A stretch of 64,000 bases of DNA, taken from positions 41,664,001 to 41,728,000 of the forward strand of contig NC_043014.1 of NCBI RefSeq assembly GCF_006345805.1, in the 5' to 3' direction. Below the pieces are notes generated by a model that worked only from the letters and a program-made list of their open reading frames with translations, ran no database searches and was not told the DNA's origin. Origin of the DNA: Octopus sinensis. Lineage: Eukaryota. Numbering within the stretch: position 1 is the first letter of the stretch; every line of letters starts with the position of its first letter. The translations under genes and the position numbers were made by a program. This document shows positions 63,960 through 64,000 of this stretch, piece after piece.

Positions 63960-64000
63960 ATCCAAAAATGAAATCACAAAGAGAAAATACGTGGAACAAG

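Overview
AT-rich, repeat-dense eukaryotic DNA with no convincing host protein-coding gene. It reads as intergenic or deep-intronic animal sequence, and the SINE and microsatellite make-up looks like Octopus/coleoid cephalopod (inferred, not verified). The content is mainly: (i) dozens of copies of several tRNA-derived SINE families built from interchangeable head, core and tail modules; (ii) 5'-truncated or decayed LINEs (CR1-, RTE-, L1/Tx1-, I/R1- and R4/Dong-like), several with clear target-site duplications (TSDs); (iii) Penelope-like elements with a GIY-YIG domain and hammerhead-ribozyme-like termini; (iv) non-autonomous DNA elements (Helitron, HINE-like, hAT, mariner, and a foldback element with a (TTAGGG)n loop); (v) many microsatellites and one 100-N assembly gap. 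Almost all ORFs in the supplied track come from microsatellites or SINEs. Leading candidates for follow-up: a SINE that forms ordered multimers joined at two fixed positions in its own tRNA-like head; repeated SINE insertion at one target site; a telomeric-repeat foldback element tied to local rearrangements; and Penelope termini with a non-canonical hammerhead core (CUGUUGA).
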